From positions 75,268,001 to 75,332,000 of the forward strand of contig OX597815.1 in NCBI GenBank assembly GCA_951406725.2: 64,000 nt of DNA. The letters run 5' to 3'. Positions 1-12,960 of this stretch are shown one piece after another. Source of the DNA: Octopus vulgaris (taxonomy: Eukaryota). The stretch's first letter is position 1; every line of letters begins with the position of its first letter. The notes below the pieces were generated by a model. The model did no database searches, had not been told where the DNA came from, and saw nothing but the letters and a program-made list of their open reading frames with translations. The translations under genes were made by a program, and so were the position numbers.

Positions 1-380
1 TCTTTCTTTCTTTCTTTCTTTCTTTTTCCATTGTCGTTATCGTCACCATCATCATCCTCATGGTCATTGTCCTCATCGCTATTAGTTTTCTTCTTCTTCT
101 TCTTCTTCTTCTTCTTCTTCTTCTTCTTCTTCTTCTTCTTCTTCTTCTTCTTCTTCTTCTTCTTCTTCTTCTTCTTCTTCTTCTTCTTCTTCTTCTTCCT
201 TTCTTTCCTGCCTTCAGTTCCTTCCTCTTCATTGTCATCGTCGTTGTTGTCGTCGTCGTCATTATCATCAGCATCATTATCATTATCATCATCATCTTTA
301 TCATCTTTACCATCTTCTTGCCATCGTTTTCTCTCCCAACCACGCATCTCTCTCTCCCTCCCCCCTCTCTCGCTTTCTCT
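1..380. repeat. Compound microsatellite (TTTC)n/(TTC)n/(TCA)n/(CT)n
   Basis: Long pure TTC run at about 88-198 plus flanking simple repeats. It explains the poly-F/L/S ORFs. Confidence 0.95.
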
Positions 381-1904
381 CATGAGATGGATTTTCCTTT
401 GGGAGTTCTGTGGCTATCCCGTGGAGTTTATATGTAACGGACGTTTAAAATGGACGCACAGAAAAACACAAACATGGGACGACAGTTTTGTTAAAGGACG
501 CCATTTTCTTTTAAAGTTAAATCTCCGACTTTAAGGAGTCATGCTGATTTAGTTTATTAGAAGCGAGTTTGAATCTGAAGTCTTTCTCTATAGTTACCAT
601 TTCAGATGGTAAACTTCTGGCAATGTGTGTGACACAAGGTCAGTGTTGAACAAGAACGTAATTTCTTACATTAAATAACATCCTTCTACGATACAAATAA
701 ACGACAAATATGAGATAAAGAAGTAGAACAAAATTAAATAAAAACTATTCAAAAATATTTCATAAACGCAGCTGTTTTTAATTAGAAACACCCCATGATA
801 AATTTTTGACAATTTTTAACTAGAATTCTGAAGAAAGCTAATGAAAAAAATATAATAGAATTTAATTACTGGTAAAATTTTTTCGAATAAATTTCATCAG
901 TTTGGTAAACCACACCAATAAGATCAAATAACAGCCTTTTCCTTCAAACAATGGTCGTGTTTGAACTTTAATGTCTTCACTTCAATATAATGTCTGTATC
1001 AGTTTCATGAGCAGGGACATCATTCTGAGTTTTTAAGCATTAAAATTTAAAGTCTACAAAAATTGCCTCCCTATAGTAAACCTTAGAATCATTCGATTAT
1101 AAATCATCTTTTCTTTCTTTTATTTCTTTCTTTTATTTCTTTCTCTTATTTTTTTTTTTTTGCTGTTGTTTCTTTCAGAAAGGGTCTTGAAAGCAAATTT
1201 CAATCTCATTATAATGTAAGACGGCAACGGTTAAGTTTTTTGAAGCTATAATGTTTATTTAACTCCAACTAGTAATGAATATCTGTTGGTGATGCATGTA
1301 AGAAATGTTTTAACATCCTGCTGAGTCATACAACTGAGGATCAATAACTCACATTTTAAGTCCGTAATTGGGGTTTCGTATCCCACTTCAGTTAAAAACT
1401 AAAGTGAAAAAAGTACATTTTTTTAGAGGAACAGGTTTTAATAATACAGGATCACCACCGACTTACAGGATACTGATGATCGGGGATCTCTTATAATCCT
1501 CACAAATTTACGAACAGTATTTCAAATTTTTGCAGCCGCCACACGAGTTTATACATACCTTGCGTAGACTGCATAATACAGTATTAATAAATTTGCATAA
1601 TTTATAGTAATGTATAGGTACCTATATTTCATTTCATTATGTATATTTAACATTTGTTTAATTTAGAGCGTGTTGACTAAGGTGCCCAATCGCTGGTTCG
1701 GGAAAAAATCGGAAATTCGGAAAAGCTTTGGAACCAAAGGTTTCGGAAAATCAATGTTGTACCTGTACATTTTTTCTTTCTCCTGTTTTTTGAAGATATT
1801 AAAAAAATTCTATATCAAAATAATTTTTAAAACTAAACGTTCATTGATTTTGATTTTTCCACTTATCGATTGTATTATGGTTTGTAACGGTACAATCGAG
1901 TAAT

Positions 1905-2580
1905 GAAGGTGCATGGCCAAGTGGTTAGGGTGTTGCACTCACGATCGTGAGATTGCAGTTTCGATTCCTGGACCGGGAGATGCGTTGTGTTCTTGAGCAA
2001 AACGCTTCATTTCATTTCATTTCATGTCACTCCAGTCCACTCAGCTATAAATGAGTATTTGTAATGCTATTGTTCCTGATCTATCTTCTAAATTGGATTC
2101 GCTCTCTCATCGTCGTCGTGTGGCTTCCTTGTCTCTTTTCTATAAGTATTTTCATGGACATTGTTCAGCTGAGCTCTCTTCTCTGGTTCCTCCTTTAAGA
2201 ACTTATCAGCGATCAACTAGACTTGCATCCAGTTCTCATCAGTATACTGTGCAACCTTCTAAGTGTCATAAACCACTTTACAGTACCAGTTTTTTCCCTC
2301 GCACCTCTGAACTTTAGAATTCCCTTCTGCAGTCTTGTTTTCCTCTTCAATATGACCTCCAGTCTTTTAAGTCTAATGTACAACGTCACCTAATGACTTC
2401 CGTCTAGCGTTCATTTTATTCTAGTGGCTCTTACGTTTTCAGTGGTCCAAGGACCTTGTAACGAGTGAATGCTTAAAAAAAACGAGACGGACAGGCGTCT
2501 CGTCCTGGGAGAGTTTTGTGATCTCGGTCACTTGTACGTCATGGAAACTGGGTAACCGGCTCTACGAGTCTTTGGACGCG
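1905..2580 (+). mobile_element. tRNA-derived CORE-like SINE, split by a LINE fragment
   Basis: Head has A box TGGCCAAGTGG and B-box-like GTTTCGATTCC, then TGTGTTCTTGAGCAAAAC...AAATGAGTA. The body resumes at 2483 (GACGGACAGGCGTCTCGTCC), matching the uninterrupted copy at about 57330-57465. Confidence 0.75.
2058..2482 (+). mobile_element. 5'-truncated LINE 3' end (Jockey/CR1-group ORF2 C-terminus, 3' UTR, A tail)
   Basis: Translation LDSLSHRRRVASLSLFYKYFHGHCSAELSSLVPP...YSTSFFPRTSEL is a typical post-RT C-terminus. Ends in A8. Confidence 0.75.
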
Positions 2581-3499
2581 AGACATAATCTCCAAGGGTT
2601 GTTGTTATTGAGGATGATGAATCCAGTAGAGTTTCACTGTTCAGATAGATGGTTTCAAACGAAGTATTTTGATTTTGTTGATTACAAAATGGAAGAAGGG
2701 AATATATATATGTTAAAATCAACGACAAATATCAATGCATGCAATGCAAGGTAACAAAAAAAAAAAAAAGAAATTATCGTCTCATTATTTATTCCTAGTC
2801 GTTGTGTACACCAGATATCTATATACGATATCCGTCTCCTCCCAGTGTCTTTACCACTTCAAGTCAGTTAAGTAGCCGGAGCCACATCAGTTTTATGCTA
2901 AGTACTCCTGCTTCACTCTGGACTCGTCCTAGTTAGCAAAGAAGGTGACCAAAACCATCCTCCATGAGCATGTTCCTTCACACTCCCTACACATCCAATC
3001 TCATTATCTCCTCCAAAATACTTTCAAATGATTCACACCTAGCTGTGCTGCCGCAGTGCAAGCTAAAAATACTCCTACAAAACCTGAAGTGTATTACACA
3101 TATATCTATCAACTTGGTGGCTATTACTAAATACTGATACTCATAAAGACTACTGCCTGTAAAGCAAAAGATGCTTTCACCTTAACTAAAACTCACTTGT
3201 ATTTTTCAATTGAGAGTACCATTGAAGATTATTGGTCTTAGCTTTTCCACAATCAGTAAACTCTTCTGTCTCCTAAATTCTGGTATTTTACCAAAAGTAT
3301 CTTTACCTATATTTTAGAAAGATCACCTTTCATCAACTATGTTCAACTTTGCTGTCCAATTTACAACTAACACCACGTTGCACAAACACGGAAAATTCCA
3401 TCAAAACTCTTTTCCAAGTTACCAAACTTTCAAAGCAACATGGTCATCAGCTCTGACAATACATTAGTCCCAGACCATTACGATTTCTCACAAACTATG

Positions 3500-3945
3500 C
3501 GCCACAGCTAACATCTAGTTTCGTCAAACCAATCTACCCTGCTCTCTTTAGTGGAATCTCTCATGATTTTTTTAGCTATAATGTTCTTCTCTGACTGCAC
3601 CAACTATCGCCCTATTCTTCTAAATCTCGTTCTTCCGTAGAATCAAATCCATTGAAAATTTGGATTTTCGCCCTTGAAAAATTCTGCAAAAACCACATCG
3701 TTGCACTTGACATAACAAAAGACTTAACTGTGTCTGGCATAAAGCTCTCCAGACTAAATTACCTTCAAATAGGGTTCGTTCAACTTTTGACTCATAAGCT
3801 TAAAATTCCTATAAAATCGCCCCATCTAAGCATGCACGGAAGGGCTTTCTCTAACCCACGCTCCATCAACACTGGTAATCTCCACAGCTTGGTTGTATCG
3901 CTCACACTCTTCAATCCGTACATTAACGATTTGCTTAATGCCATC
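3500..3945 (+). pseudogene. Decayed non-LTR retrotransposon reverse transcriptase fragment
   Basis: Remnant motifs NYRPI (about 3602), VALDITK and INTG...TLFNPYINDLL, with frameshifts. Confidence 0.65.
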
Positions 3946-3975
3946 GTGTGTCAAACTCGCAGTGCAACTGTAACT

Positions 3976-4404
3976 CATGGGTTGGATTCGTCCCGTCAAA
4001 TTGTATCGCCGCAGGCTACAGTGAAATGCTGGTCAACAAATTGAAACCAGCAATTCGCACCAAACGCCCAGGTCTATTGTTGCACGATAATGTACGCAAG
4101 TGTTATTGTTGCACGATAATGTACGCCCACATACGACTGCCCACACCATTGAAACCATCGACAAATTGGGTTTCGAGTTGTAGAAACACCCCGCATACAG
4201 TCCAGATCTCGCCCCTTCTGACTATCACCTCTTTGGATCGCTAAAGTATCCTTCACAAGATCGCCGATTTGATATGGATGAAGAAACGCGAGAAGCGGTT
4301 CATAAATGGCTGTGTCGAAAACCATTTTCTTCGATGGAATAAGCAAGCTTGTGGACCGCTGGAAGAAGTGCATTGAAAAGCAAGGAGACTATGTCGAAAG
4401 CTGA
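3976..4404 (+). mobile_element. Mariner transposase C-terminal fragment (pseudogene)
   Basis: LLLHDN, HPAYSPDLAPSDYHLF and LVDRWKKCIEKQGDYVES* across shifted frames. Internal 21-bp duplication TTGTTGCACGATAATGTACGC. Confidence 0.9.
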
Positions 4405-4429
4405 TGTAAATGTACAACCCCTGCTTCGC

Positions 4430-4992
4430 AAGGCCAGTAATTTTGGGGATGGGGTAAGTCGATTACATCGATATCAGTAATCAACTGGTACTTATTTTAT
4501 CAACCCCGAAAGGATGAAAGGCAAAGTTGACTTCGACAGAATTTGAACCCAGAACGTATAGACGGACGGAATACCTATTTCTTTACTACCCACAAGGGGC
4601 TAAACACAGAGAGGACAAACAAGGACAGACACACGGATTAAGTCGATTATATCGACCCCAGTGCGTAACTGGTACTTATTTAATCGACCCTGAAAGGATG
4701 AAAGGTAAAGTCGACCTCGGCGGATTTTGAACTCAGAACGTAAAGACTGACGAAATACCTATTTCTTTACTACCCACAAGGGGCTAAACACAGAGGGGAC
4801 AAACAAGGACAAACAAACGGATTAAGTCGATTATATCGACCCCAGTGCGTAACTGGTACTTATTTAATCGACCCCGAAAGGATGAAAGGCGATGTCGACT
4901 TCGGCGGAATTTGAACTCAGAATGTAACGGTACACGAAATACCGCTAAGCATTTCGCCCGGTGTGCTAACGTTTCTGCCAGCTCGCCACCTT
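4430..4992 (-). mobile_element. SINE family A multimer (one head, three central domains, 184-bp period)
   Basis: Minus strand starts AAGGTGGCGAGCTGGCAGAAACGTTAGCAC. The block GTTCAAATTCCGCCGAGGTCGACTTTGCCTTTCATCCTTTCGGGGTCGA recurs three times. ATACCTATTTC occurs at 4571 and 4755. Confidence 0.85.
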
Positions 4993-5014
4993 AGAAATAC
5001 TTTATATCGTGTCA

Positions 5015-5378
5015 AAGCCAAATGATTAAGATGCTCACTCTGCAACCACGTGACACCTTGGGTGAGTGCTGTACGGCACCTTGGGTGAGTGCTTTTTACT
5101 ATAGCCTCGGGTCGACCAATGGCTTGTGAGTGAATTTGGTAGATGGAAACTGTGCGGAAGCCTGTCGTGCATGTGTGCGTGTGTGTTTGTCTCTCAGCAC
5201 CTGTCAACCGGTGTTGATTTGTTTACCTCTCTGTAAATCAGCGGTTTGGAAAAAGTCACCGATAGTATAAGTACCAGGCTTAAAACAAGACCTAGGGTCG
5301 ATTTTTTCGACTAAGCCCTTCAAGGCAGTGTTCCAGCATGGCCGCATCCCAATAACAAAAACAAGTGAAATATAAAAG
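5015..5378 (+). mobile_element. SINE family B copy (diverged)
   Basis: Matches the copy at 62990-63378 (GGCACCTTGGG...TACTATAGCCTCGGG...CAGCATGGCCGCA). Confidence 0.8.
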
Positions 5379-5704
5379 GTAATACCGTCGTACGGTCTGA
5401 TGGAAATAGCAGCTAAATCTCTTTCCGATTAAACCGTACCGTTTCAATAAAGAAAGGAAACGTAAGGTAATGTAGTCCTAGATACACTATGACCAAAAAG
5501 AAATACGGGATTGTAATGATAGGAAAGGCTTGTGGTGATATTTCTCAGGTCGCCACAGGGCTGATCTGGAGGTAGACAACTATGAAGACGACATCCTCCG
5601 CCATTAGCCACCGATATCAATTCCGCCGCCGCCATCACTACCGTTGTATTTACATCGGTGTTTAAAAATAAGACAGAAATGAAAATTACGAATCAGGCTC
5701 ATAA

Positions 5705-5895
5705 AACGTGTGCGCGTGCTTATGTATGTGTGTTGTGTGTTGTGTTGTGTGTGTATACGTGTGTGTGTGTGTGTGTGTGTATGTGTGTGTGTAACTGAGT
5801 GTAATTTACTGTTACTCTATGTGTGTATGCATACGTGCCCGTGAGTGTGTATAGTCTCTCTCTCTCTTTCTCTCTCTCCATACCATACACACATA

Positions 5896-5971
<76 letters not shown>

Positions 5972-6135
5972 CCTATATTACGTATATTCACGTATACTTC
6001 TATAGATTGCATACATACATACATACACTCATGCATACATACACACATACATACATACATAGATACATGTATGTATGTATATGATATATATGTATGTACT
6101 CTCACACGCACACACACATATAGAGGATTATATAT

Positions 6136-6166
<31 letters not shown>

Positions 6167-6239
6167 TCACAAATACATATATGTCACAAATACATATATG
6201 TCTGTATGTATATATATACATACATATATAGAGGGGACA

Positions 6240-6281
<42 letters not shown>

Positions 6282-6321
6282 CAGAATATATATGTGAGTA
6301 TGTAAAGAAATTGTGTGTTTG

Positions 6322-6364
<43 letters not shown>

Positions 6365-6430
6365 ACATATATATATGTGTGTATATATGTGTGTATATGT
6401 GTGTATATATATACATACATATATATATTC
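5705..6430. repeat. Compound (CA)/(TG)/(TA)/(TACA)/(GA) microsatellite block
   Basis: Direct inspection. Confidence 0.95.
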
Positions 6431-6909
6431 GATCTCAGTATGGTTTTATTGAACTCTAATTGTATTTCAGCTAATGAATTGTATCACTGATAATGTTTGT
6501 TTGTTATTTTTTTCTTTTAGTTACGGTCGGTTTTTTTTTGTGTGTGTTTTAAATATATTTCTTTATACTCATGGTTTTTTTTTTTACCTTATCGTTGTTG
6601 TCAGTATTGTTATAGTTGTTGTTACTGTTTGCACTGTCTGCGATTAAGCCCTGATAAACAATAAAAAACTATATATATAAAAAAAAATACAAAAGCAACT
6701 ATAAATCAATGCTTAAAAGACTTGATGTTTAAGCACACGTGCCGGCGGAGTTGCTCCACCGATCCCCTCCCTACTCCCACCAAAACCACCATTACAGCCG
6801 TCACCGCCGCCGTCGCCGACACCTGGCCTTTACCTTACACCATCCCCGTTTCTCTTCACGCATCACCAACACACTGTGAGCTAATACACATCAGCATCAA
6901 CATCAACAG

Positions 6910-7310
<401 letters not shown>

Positions 7311-7695
7311 GTGGAAGGATCGATGATTTATTATTAGCATTTGTGGTCTCAGTAATTATATGAGGCACACCAACCCAGGTCTCGAGTGAAGTGTAGGCTG
7401 TTGGTCGACGTCGGGCGGCACTTGGAGCGTTGTCATGGGATCACTGCAAAAGTACTCACTGGAGCACTCCCCTCCTAGATTTCTATAAAGCATTTGTTGA
7501 GGACGTGAGCGGCATTTGCCTGGAAAGATGAATAAACGTAAAAGTTTTTCATTTTGTTCTTTGTTTTTTCAATGTAGATCCAAGATCGGAGCAATAACGC
7601 AAACTATTCATCTCAATACGTTGTGACAGATTTGAACGTGAGAGTGCTGATTGCTGCTGCAGTCCATCATCGAAGAATATCTTCGCCCTCTAGAC

Positions 7696-8016
7696 CAGTG
7701 GTGCCTAAACTTTTTCAGGCTGTGTTAATCTTTTTAGAATCATTGATCCGGGTTAGCTTTGACCGAGGAGACACATTCCTAGCCCCCCCCCCACTCACCA
7801 CTGCAAACACCGACCACTTTCTGCAGCAAATTCAAAACAACTGTGTTTCACAAATAAAACGTGACCCAATTAACCCACTATTTACTTGTTTTTACATCCA
7901 TCGCTCCCTTTTCGACACCCCATTATCACCCCACTTTTCTTCAACACATCTTTGTATCGTTCCACCGCCCCAGTGTATGTGTAGTGGGCAAGTACCGCCC
8001 ACTTTGGGAACCACTG
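7696..8016. mobile_element. hAT (Charlie-like) non-autonomous element / MITE
   Basis: Terminal inverted repeats CAGTGGTGCCTAAA and TTTGGGAACCACTG. The 8-bp flanks CTCTAGAC and CTTTTGAC match 6 of 8, resembling the NTCTAGAN target. Confidence 0.7.
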
Positions 8017-8731
8017 CTTTTGACGATGTGAGCTCATAATACACGCAATTCATTGACGTAAGGGGGTCTTGAGACACCGCGGTGCGTTAAACTTTTGATG
8101 TGTCTCCTCAATCAAAGCTTACCTGAATCAATCTAAAATAAAGAGATGTTCTCCGATGACGAAATATAACAGCGCTCAGTATATTCACGAGGTGTCTCTT
8201 CAGTCACAGCTAACCAGGATCTATGGTTCTCAAAAGATTACCGCACTTCATAAAAAATAAAGAGATGTTCTCCGATGACGAAATATAACAGCGCTCAGCA
8301 TATTCACGTTTGAGTCTGCCAGAACATATTGAGAATGAATAGATAACTTATTGCTTGGTTTCCTGTTGTTCTGCGTGCGCTCCATGAAATACTATCGTTT
8401 TGACAATTATCATTACGCATCAACAAATAATTTGTTTGCTGATTTCTATAAACAAGAGTAAGTATTCTTGTTAGATCCACTGATCCTAGTTTAGCTTTGA
8501 CTGAAGAGATACAATAAGGTCGAGGTTGTGGTGTCCCAAAGCTCCTTTACTTTAATGAGTCGCGTGTGCTATGAATACATGTCGTTGAGAATGAATAACT
8601 ACGTTACTGTTTACATTCTCGCCCTTGTGCGTACATCCCGTAAATTATTATTAAGATCGAGGATTATGGATATTCTTGGCCAAGCTTTACCATTTGGTTT
8701 TTATTTCTCATACTTTATTATATACACTTTA

Positions 8732-8908
8732 AAGAGGTGAGCTCGCAGAATCGTCAGCACGCCGGGCAAACTGCTTAACGTATTTTGTCAATCTTTACGT
8801 TTTGTGTTCAAATTCCGCCGAGATTGACTTTGACTTTTATCCTTTCTAGGGTTGATGAATTGACTTAACTCCTCTGAAATTGCTGACCTTGTACCAAAAT
8901 TTGAAGCC
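8732..8908 (+). mobile_element. SINE family A copy
   Basis: GGTGAGCTCGCAGAATCGTCAGCACGCCGGG...GTTCAAATTCCGCCGAG. Confidence 0.75.
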
Positions 8909-9009
8909 ATTGTATACACTTGGCTTATATTATATACACTTTCATTATACACATGGTTCCTTAACATGGATTAGGACATGTGTTGATGCATACACACAGT
9001 TATATAAGT

Positions 9010-9193
9010 TATTTTTTTACTTGCTTCACTCATGCGACTGCGGCCATACCGGAGCATCGCTTTATAAGTTTAGCCGATCAAATCGACCCCAGTTCTTAGA
9101 TTTTAAGACTAGTACTTATCCTATTGTCTCTTGTTGCCAAACCGTTAAGTTTCGGGATGTACATAAAATAAAACTGGTTGTCTAGCGGTTGAG

Positions 9194-9238
<45 letters not shown>

Positions 9239-9475
9239 CGTATACGTGTATATATTCTTTTACTCTTTTACTTGTTTCAGTCATTTGACTGTGGCCATAC
9301 TGGAGCCCTGCCTTTATTCGAGCAAATCGACCCCAGGATTTATTCTTTGTAAGCCTAGTACTTATTCTATCGGTCGCTTTTGCCGAACCGCTAAGTTACG
9401 GGGACGTAAACTCACCAGCATCGGTTGTCAAGCGATGTTGGGCGGACAACCACAGACACACAAACAAACACACAC

Positions 9476-9506
<31 letters not shown>

Positions 9507-9915
9507 TATATACATGCATATATACGGCGGGCTTCTTTCAGTTTCCGTCTAACGAATCCACTCACAAGGTTTTGGTCGGCCCGAGGCTATAGTAGAAGAC
9601 ACTTGCCCAAGGTGCCACGCAGTGGGACTGAACCTGGAACCATGTGGTTGTTAAGCAAGCTACTTACCACACACCCACTCCTACGCATATACTTACCACA
9701 CAGCCACTCCTACATCTCTCTATATATATGCCTGCATAAATAACAGGCTTCTATCCAGTTTCCGTCAAACAAATTCACTCACAAGGCATTGGTCAGCCCC
9801 AGACTGATCACCGTCTTCAAGTAAAGCGAATGATATTTGCTTAAGGTGCCACGTAATGAGACTGAATCCGAAAGCACGTGGTTGCGAAGGGGACTTCTTA
9901 AACCACACAGCCATA
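9010..9915 (-). mobile_element. Cluster of SINE family B copies (full copy about 9257-9690)
   Basis: Reverse complement of the 62990-63378 copy, with an internal (CA)n tract and partial copies on either side. Confidence 0.85.
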
Positions 9916-10006
9916 GCTAGCGGTGGAACAAAAGCCTTCCCCCAAATTTTAAGGCAAGTTAATAAAACTGATGAATGAACACAATGCAGACTGCTAGCAA
10001 AATATT

Positions 10007-10440
10007 GGTTTCAAATTTTGGCACGAAGCTAGCAAGTTAGGAAAAGGATTATGTCGATTATATCAACCCCACTGCTCAATTGGTACTGATTTTCTCGATT
10101 TCGAAAGTTGACCCCGGTGGATTTGAACTCAGAACGCAAAGACGGACGAAATGCTGCTAAGCATTTTTCCCGGTGTGCTAAAGATTTTGCCAATTAGCTG
10201 CCTTTTTGCTAGCAAAATATTGGCTTCAAATTTTGGCACAAAGTAGTAATTGGGTGAAGGTGGGGGCCAGGTCGATTAAATCGATATCAGTGATTAACTT
10301 GTACTTATTTTTATTAACCTCGTAAAGCTGAAAGGCCAACTCGACCCTGGCGGAACTTGAATTCAGAACGTAAGGACGGACGAAATATCGCTAAGCATTT
10401 TCCTGCCCTGCTAACGATTCTGTCAGCTTGCCACCTTTAT
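10007..10440 (-). mobile_element. Two tandem SINE family A copies bounded by a 15-bp direct repeat
   Basis: TGCTAGCAAAATATT at 9992, 10207 and 10441, with a family A body between each pair. Confidence 0.85.
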
Positions 10441-11559
10441 TGCTAGCAAAATATTAATTGCTGTAATTGGTGAATGGTGTTTTTTTTATATTTATAATGT
10501 TTCTGTAATTTAAATTGACGTTTTTAACTATATTCTGAAGAGGTTGACGGCTTTTCTAATTGTGATTACAAATGTTTAGGCTTAAACCCGTGTATGTGCG
10601 TTTAAGTGACGTATTTTTGTCTATAGAGCCATCCATTTTTAAACGAAATAAACAAAGAAAATAGATGCCTGCAGAAATAACTATGTGCAATTTAAAATGT
10701 CTAAGAACTAACCAAAAACGTGTGGACTGAAAACAGAATCAATCCTTATTCTGATAGCTCCCCGAGAATTATTACAAAAAGACATGTAAGTCAAAAACAT
10801 AACCAAATCCTTGGAACTTGCAAATATACACAGCTTACATGGCATAGCAATGCGAGGTACTGTACATTCAATACAATGAGTAAAATACAAAAACAAAAGC
10901 AGTACTACACATACACAAGAGCTGCATTGGCATGTGTAAAATAATAATGAGATTACTAGGAAAGAAATGATGATGACGACGATGGTAGTGGTGGTAATGG
11001 TGGTGGCAGCGACGATGGTGGTGGGGAAACCCTACCAAAAATTGTTCATAGTTTCAGCAAAGACATCAAGATGTGTATGAGATTAGACAAGTATGCCAAA
11101 GCGATTTTAAGAAGATGCATATTGATCCGCACTGAGAATATAATACTAGACATAGAAACTAAAATTAGAGAATAAGAACACAATACTAATCGAAACTGCT
11201 TTGTGGATCTTGATCTAAAGAGAAAGTGCCTCTGCACTAAGGTAGCTGTCTAAGATGATACAATTATAATTGTTTCTAATTAAGCCACAAGGCCAGCCTA
11301 AAATTATAGTGCGGTACAGGAGGTAGGAAGTGAGGTTAGACGAAATCATAGATACCAGTAGGAGGCTGGTACTTTATTTTATCGACACCGAGGACAGGGG
11401 TGGATGAAAAGCAAAGTTGGCCTCGTCATGATTTGAACTCAGAATGCAAAGAACTCGAACAAATAATTGAAGGTATTTATTTCGACACTCTAAGAAGCCT
11501 GTAGTGAGCTGATAGCTCACTACAGAAGATAAAATATTCTTTTTTACTTTAGGCACAAG

Positions 11560-12108
11560 GCCCGAAATTTTGGGGAAGGGGATCAGTCGATTAGATCGGC
11601 CCCAGTACGCAACTGGTACTTAATTTATCTACCTCAAAAGGATGAAAGGCAAAATCGATCTCGGCGGAATTTGAACTCAGAACGTAGCGGCAGACGAAAT
11701 AACTATTTCTTTACTACCCACAAGGGGCTAAACACAGAAGGGACAAACAAGGACAGAAAAACGGATTAAGTCGATTACATCGACCCCAGTTCGTAACTGG
11801 TACTTAATTTATCGACCCCGAAAGGATGAAAAGCAAAGTCGACTTCGGCGGATTTTGAACTCAGAACGTAACGGCAGACGAAATACCTATTTCTTTACTA
11901 TCCACAAGGGGACAAACAAACAAGGACAGACAAACGGATTAAGTCGATTATATCGACCCCAGTGCGTAACTGATACTTATTTAATCGACCCCGAAAGGAA
12001 GAAAGGCGATGTCGACCTCGGTGGAATTTGAACCCAGAATGTAACGGTAGACGAAATACCGCTAAGCACTTCGCCCGGCGTGCTAACGTTTCTGCCAGCT
12101 CGCCGCTT
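11560..12108 (-). mobile_element. SINE family A multimer (184-bp period)
   Basis: Same head, three-domain and tail layout as 4430-4992. The spacer CTATTTCTTTACTACCCACAAGGGG recurs at about 11703 and 11887. Confidence 0.85.
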
Positions 12109-12849
12109 TACAGATAATAAAATATTGATAATCATATTTTCTTTCATTGGCCACAAGGGACAAGACATTGGAGTTAATAGAAAGACGTAAATTAAGAAGC
12201 CTCACATATACACAATGAACTTGACTATCAAGCGTAAGTGTTCTTACCCGCAACATTCCCTGGTAAATGGACATTTGCTAACAGTTATCCCATTCAGTCA
12301 TGCCATGCTCTCCACTCGAATCCACCTCTCAGCAAACATACTAGAGACAGCCGTTCCCTATCCACTCCTACTTTCTTTTCTTAGTGGAACTGTAAAAAGT
12401 CGATGAGAGCTAGGCCTAAAGAGGTAAGCGAGGACAGTTCAAAGTCTAATTTCTTTTCTTTCTTTTATTTCGTCGCTCCCACCATACAGTATCTTTCACC
12501 ATGACCATCAAATAGGGAAAATGCCTGCCTTTCACGGCTAAAGAAAGGCAACCAGTGATCATCATGATAGACACGATCGATAGCCACATCAGCCCTGCAC
12601 ACGCCAACAAATTTTCGATATACCTACAAACACCAACAATGTTCAGACTCTGAACAAGTGTAGGAAGAAACGCTTTGTCGCTCAGCTTGCGTCTTGGTCA
12701 GATTCGGCTGACGGCACTTTTTCCCGTTAGTACTTGCATAAATATCTGGAAGTTATCTATAGTATTCATACTGAAAATTCTTCAGAGTAGACCAATCAGT
12801 GAATTCTCTTTGACAACTAAAATTTTCCCGAGAAGTTCGTCACTGTTTC

Positions 12850-12960
12850 CCACCACTATTCCTCTGCAAGAAGTTAACTAGGAAGTTCCACCAGCCTCAT
12901 TGCCTGACTAGTAGTGAGCTGGGAGCCCCTGACATTCCAGGTAGCAGACGTTCAGTCATG
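12850..12960 (-). pseudogene. Possible start of a LINE APE endonuclease (ATWNVRG motif)
   Basis: Minus strand GCTACCTGGAATGTCAGGGGC translates to ATWNVRG. Surrounding sequence is heavily decayed. Confidence 0.35.

Noticed and set aside
1352-1397. Hammerhead-like ttttaa-CTGAAGT...GAAA-cc..gg-AC-ttaaaa on the minus strand
   Set aside because: Two invariant core positions are wrong and the stems are short and AT-only, so chance cannot be excluded.
4430-4992. Regularly spaced repeats resembling a CRISPR array
   Set aside because: The spacers are themselves repeated, the unit is 184 bp, there are no cas genes, and the context is eukaryotic.
7361-7628. Possible solo LTR (TG start, TATA-like and AATAAA words, CA end)
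   Set aside because: No terminal inverted repeat, TSD or second copy in the window.
8150-8170. CCGATGACGAAA as a minimal hammerhead core (twice)
   Set aside because: No stem II and no stem I or III partner found.
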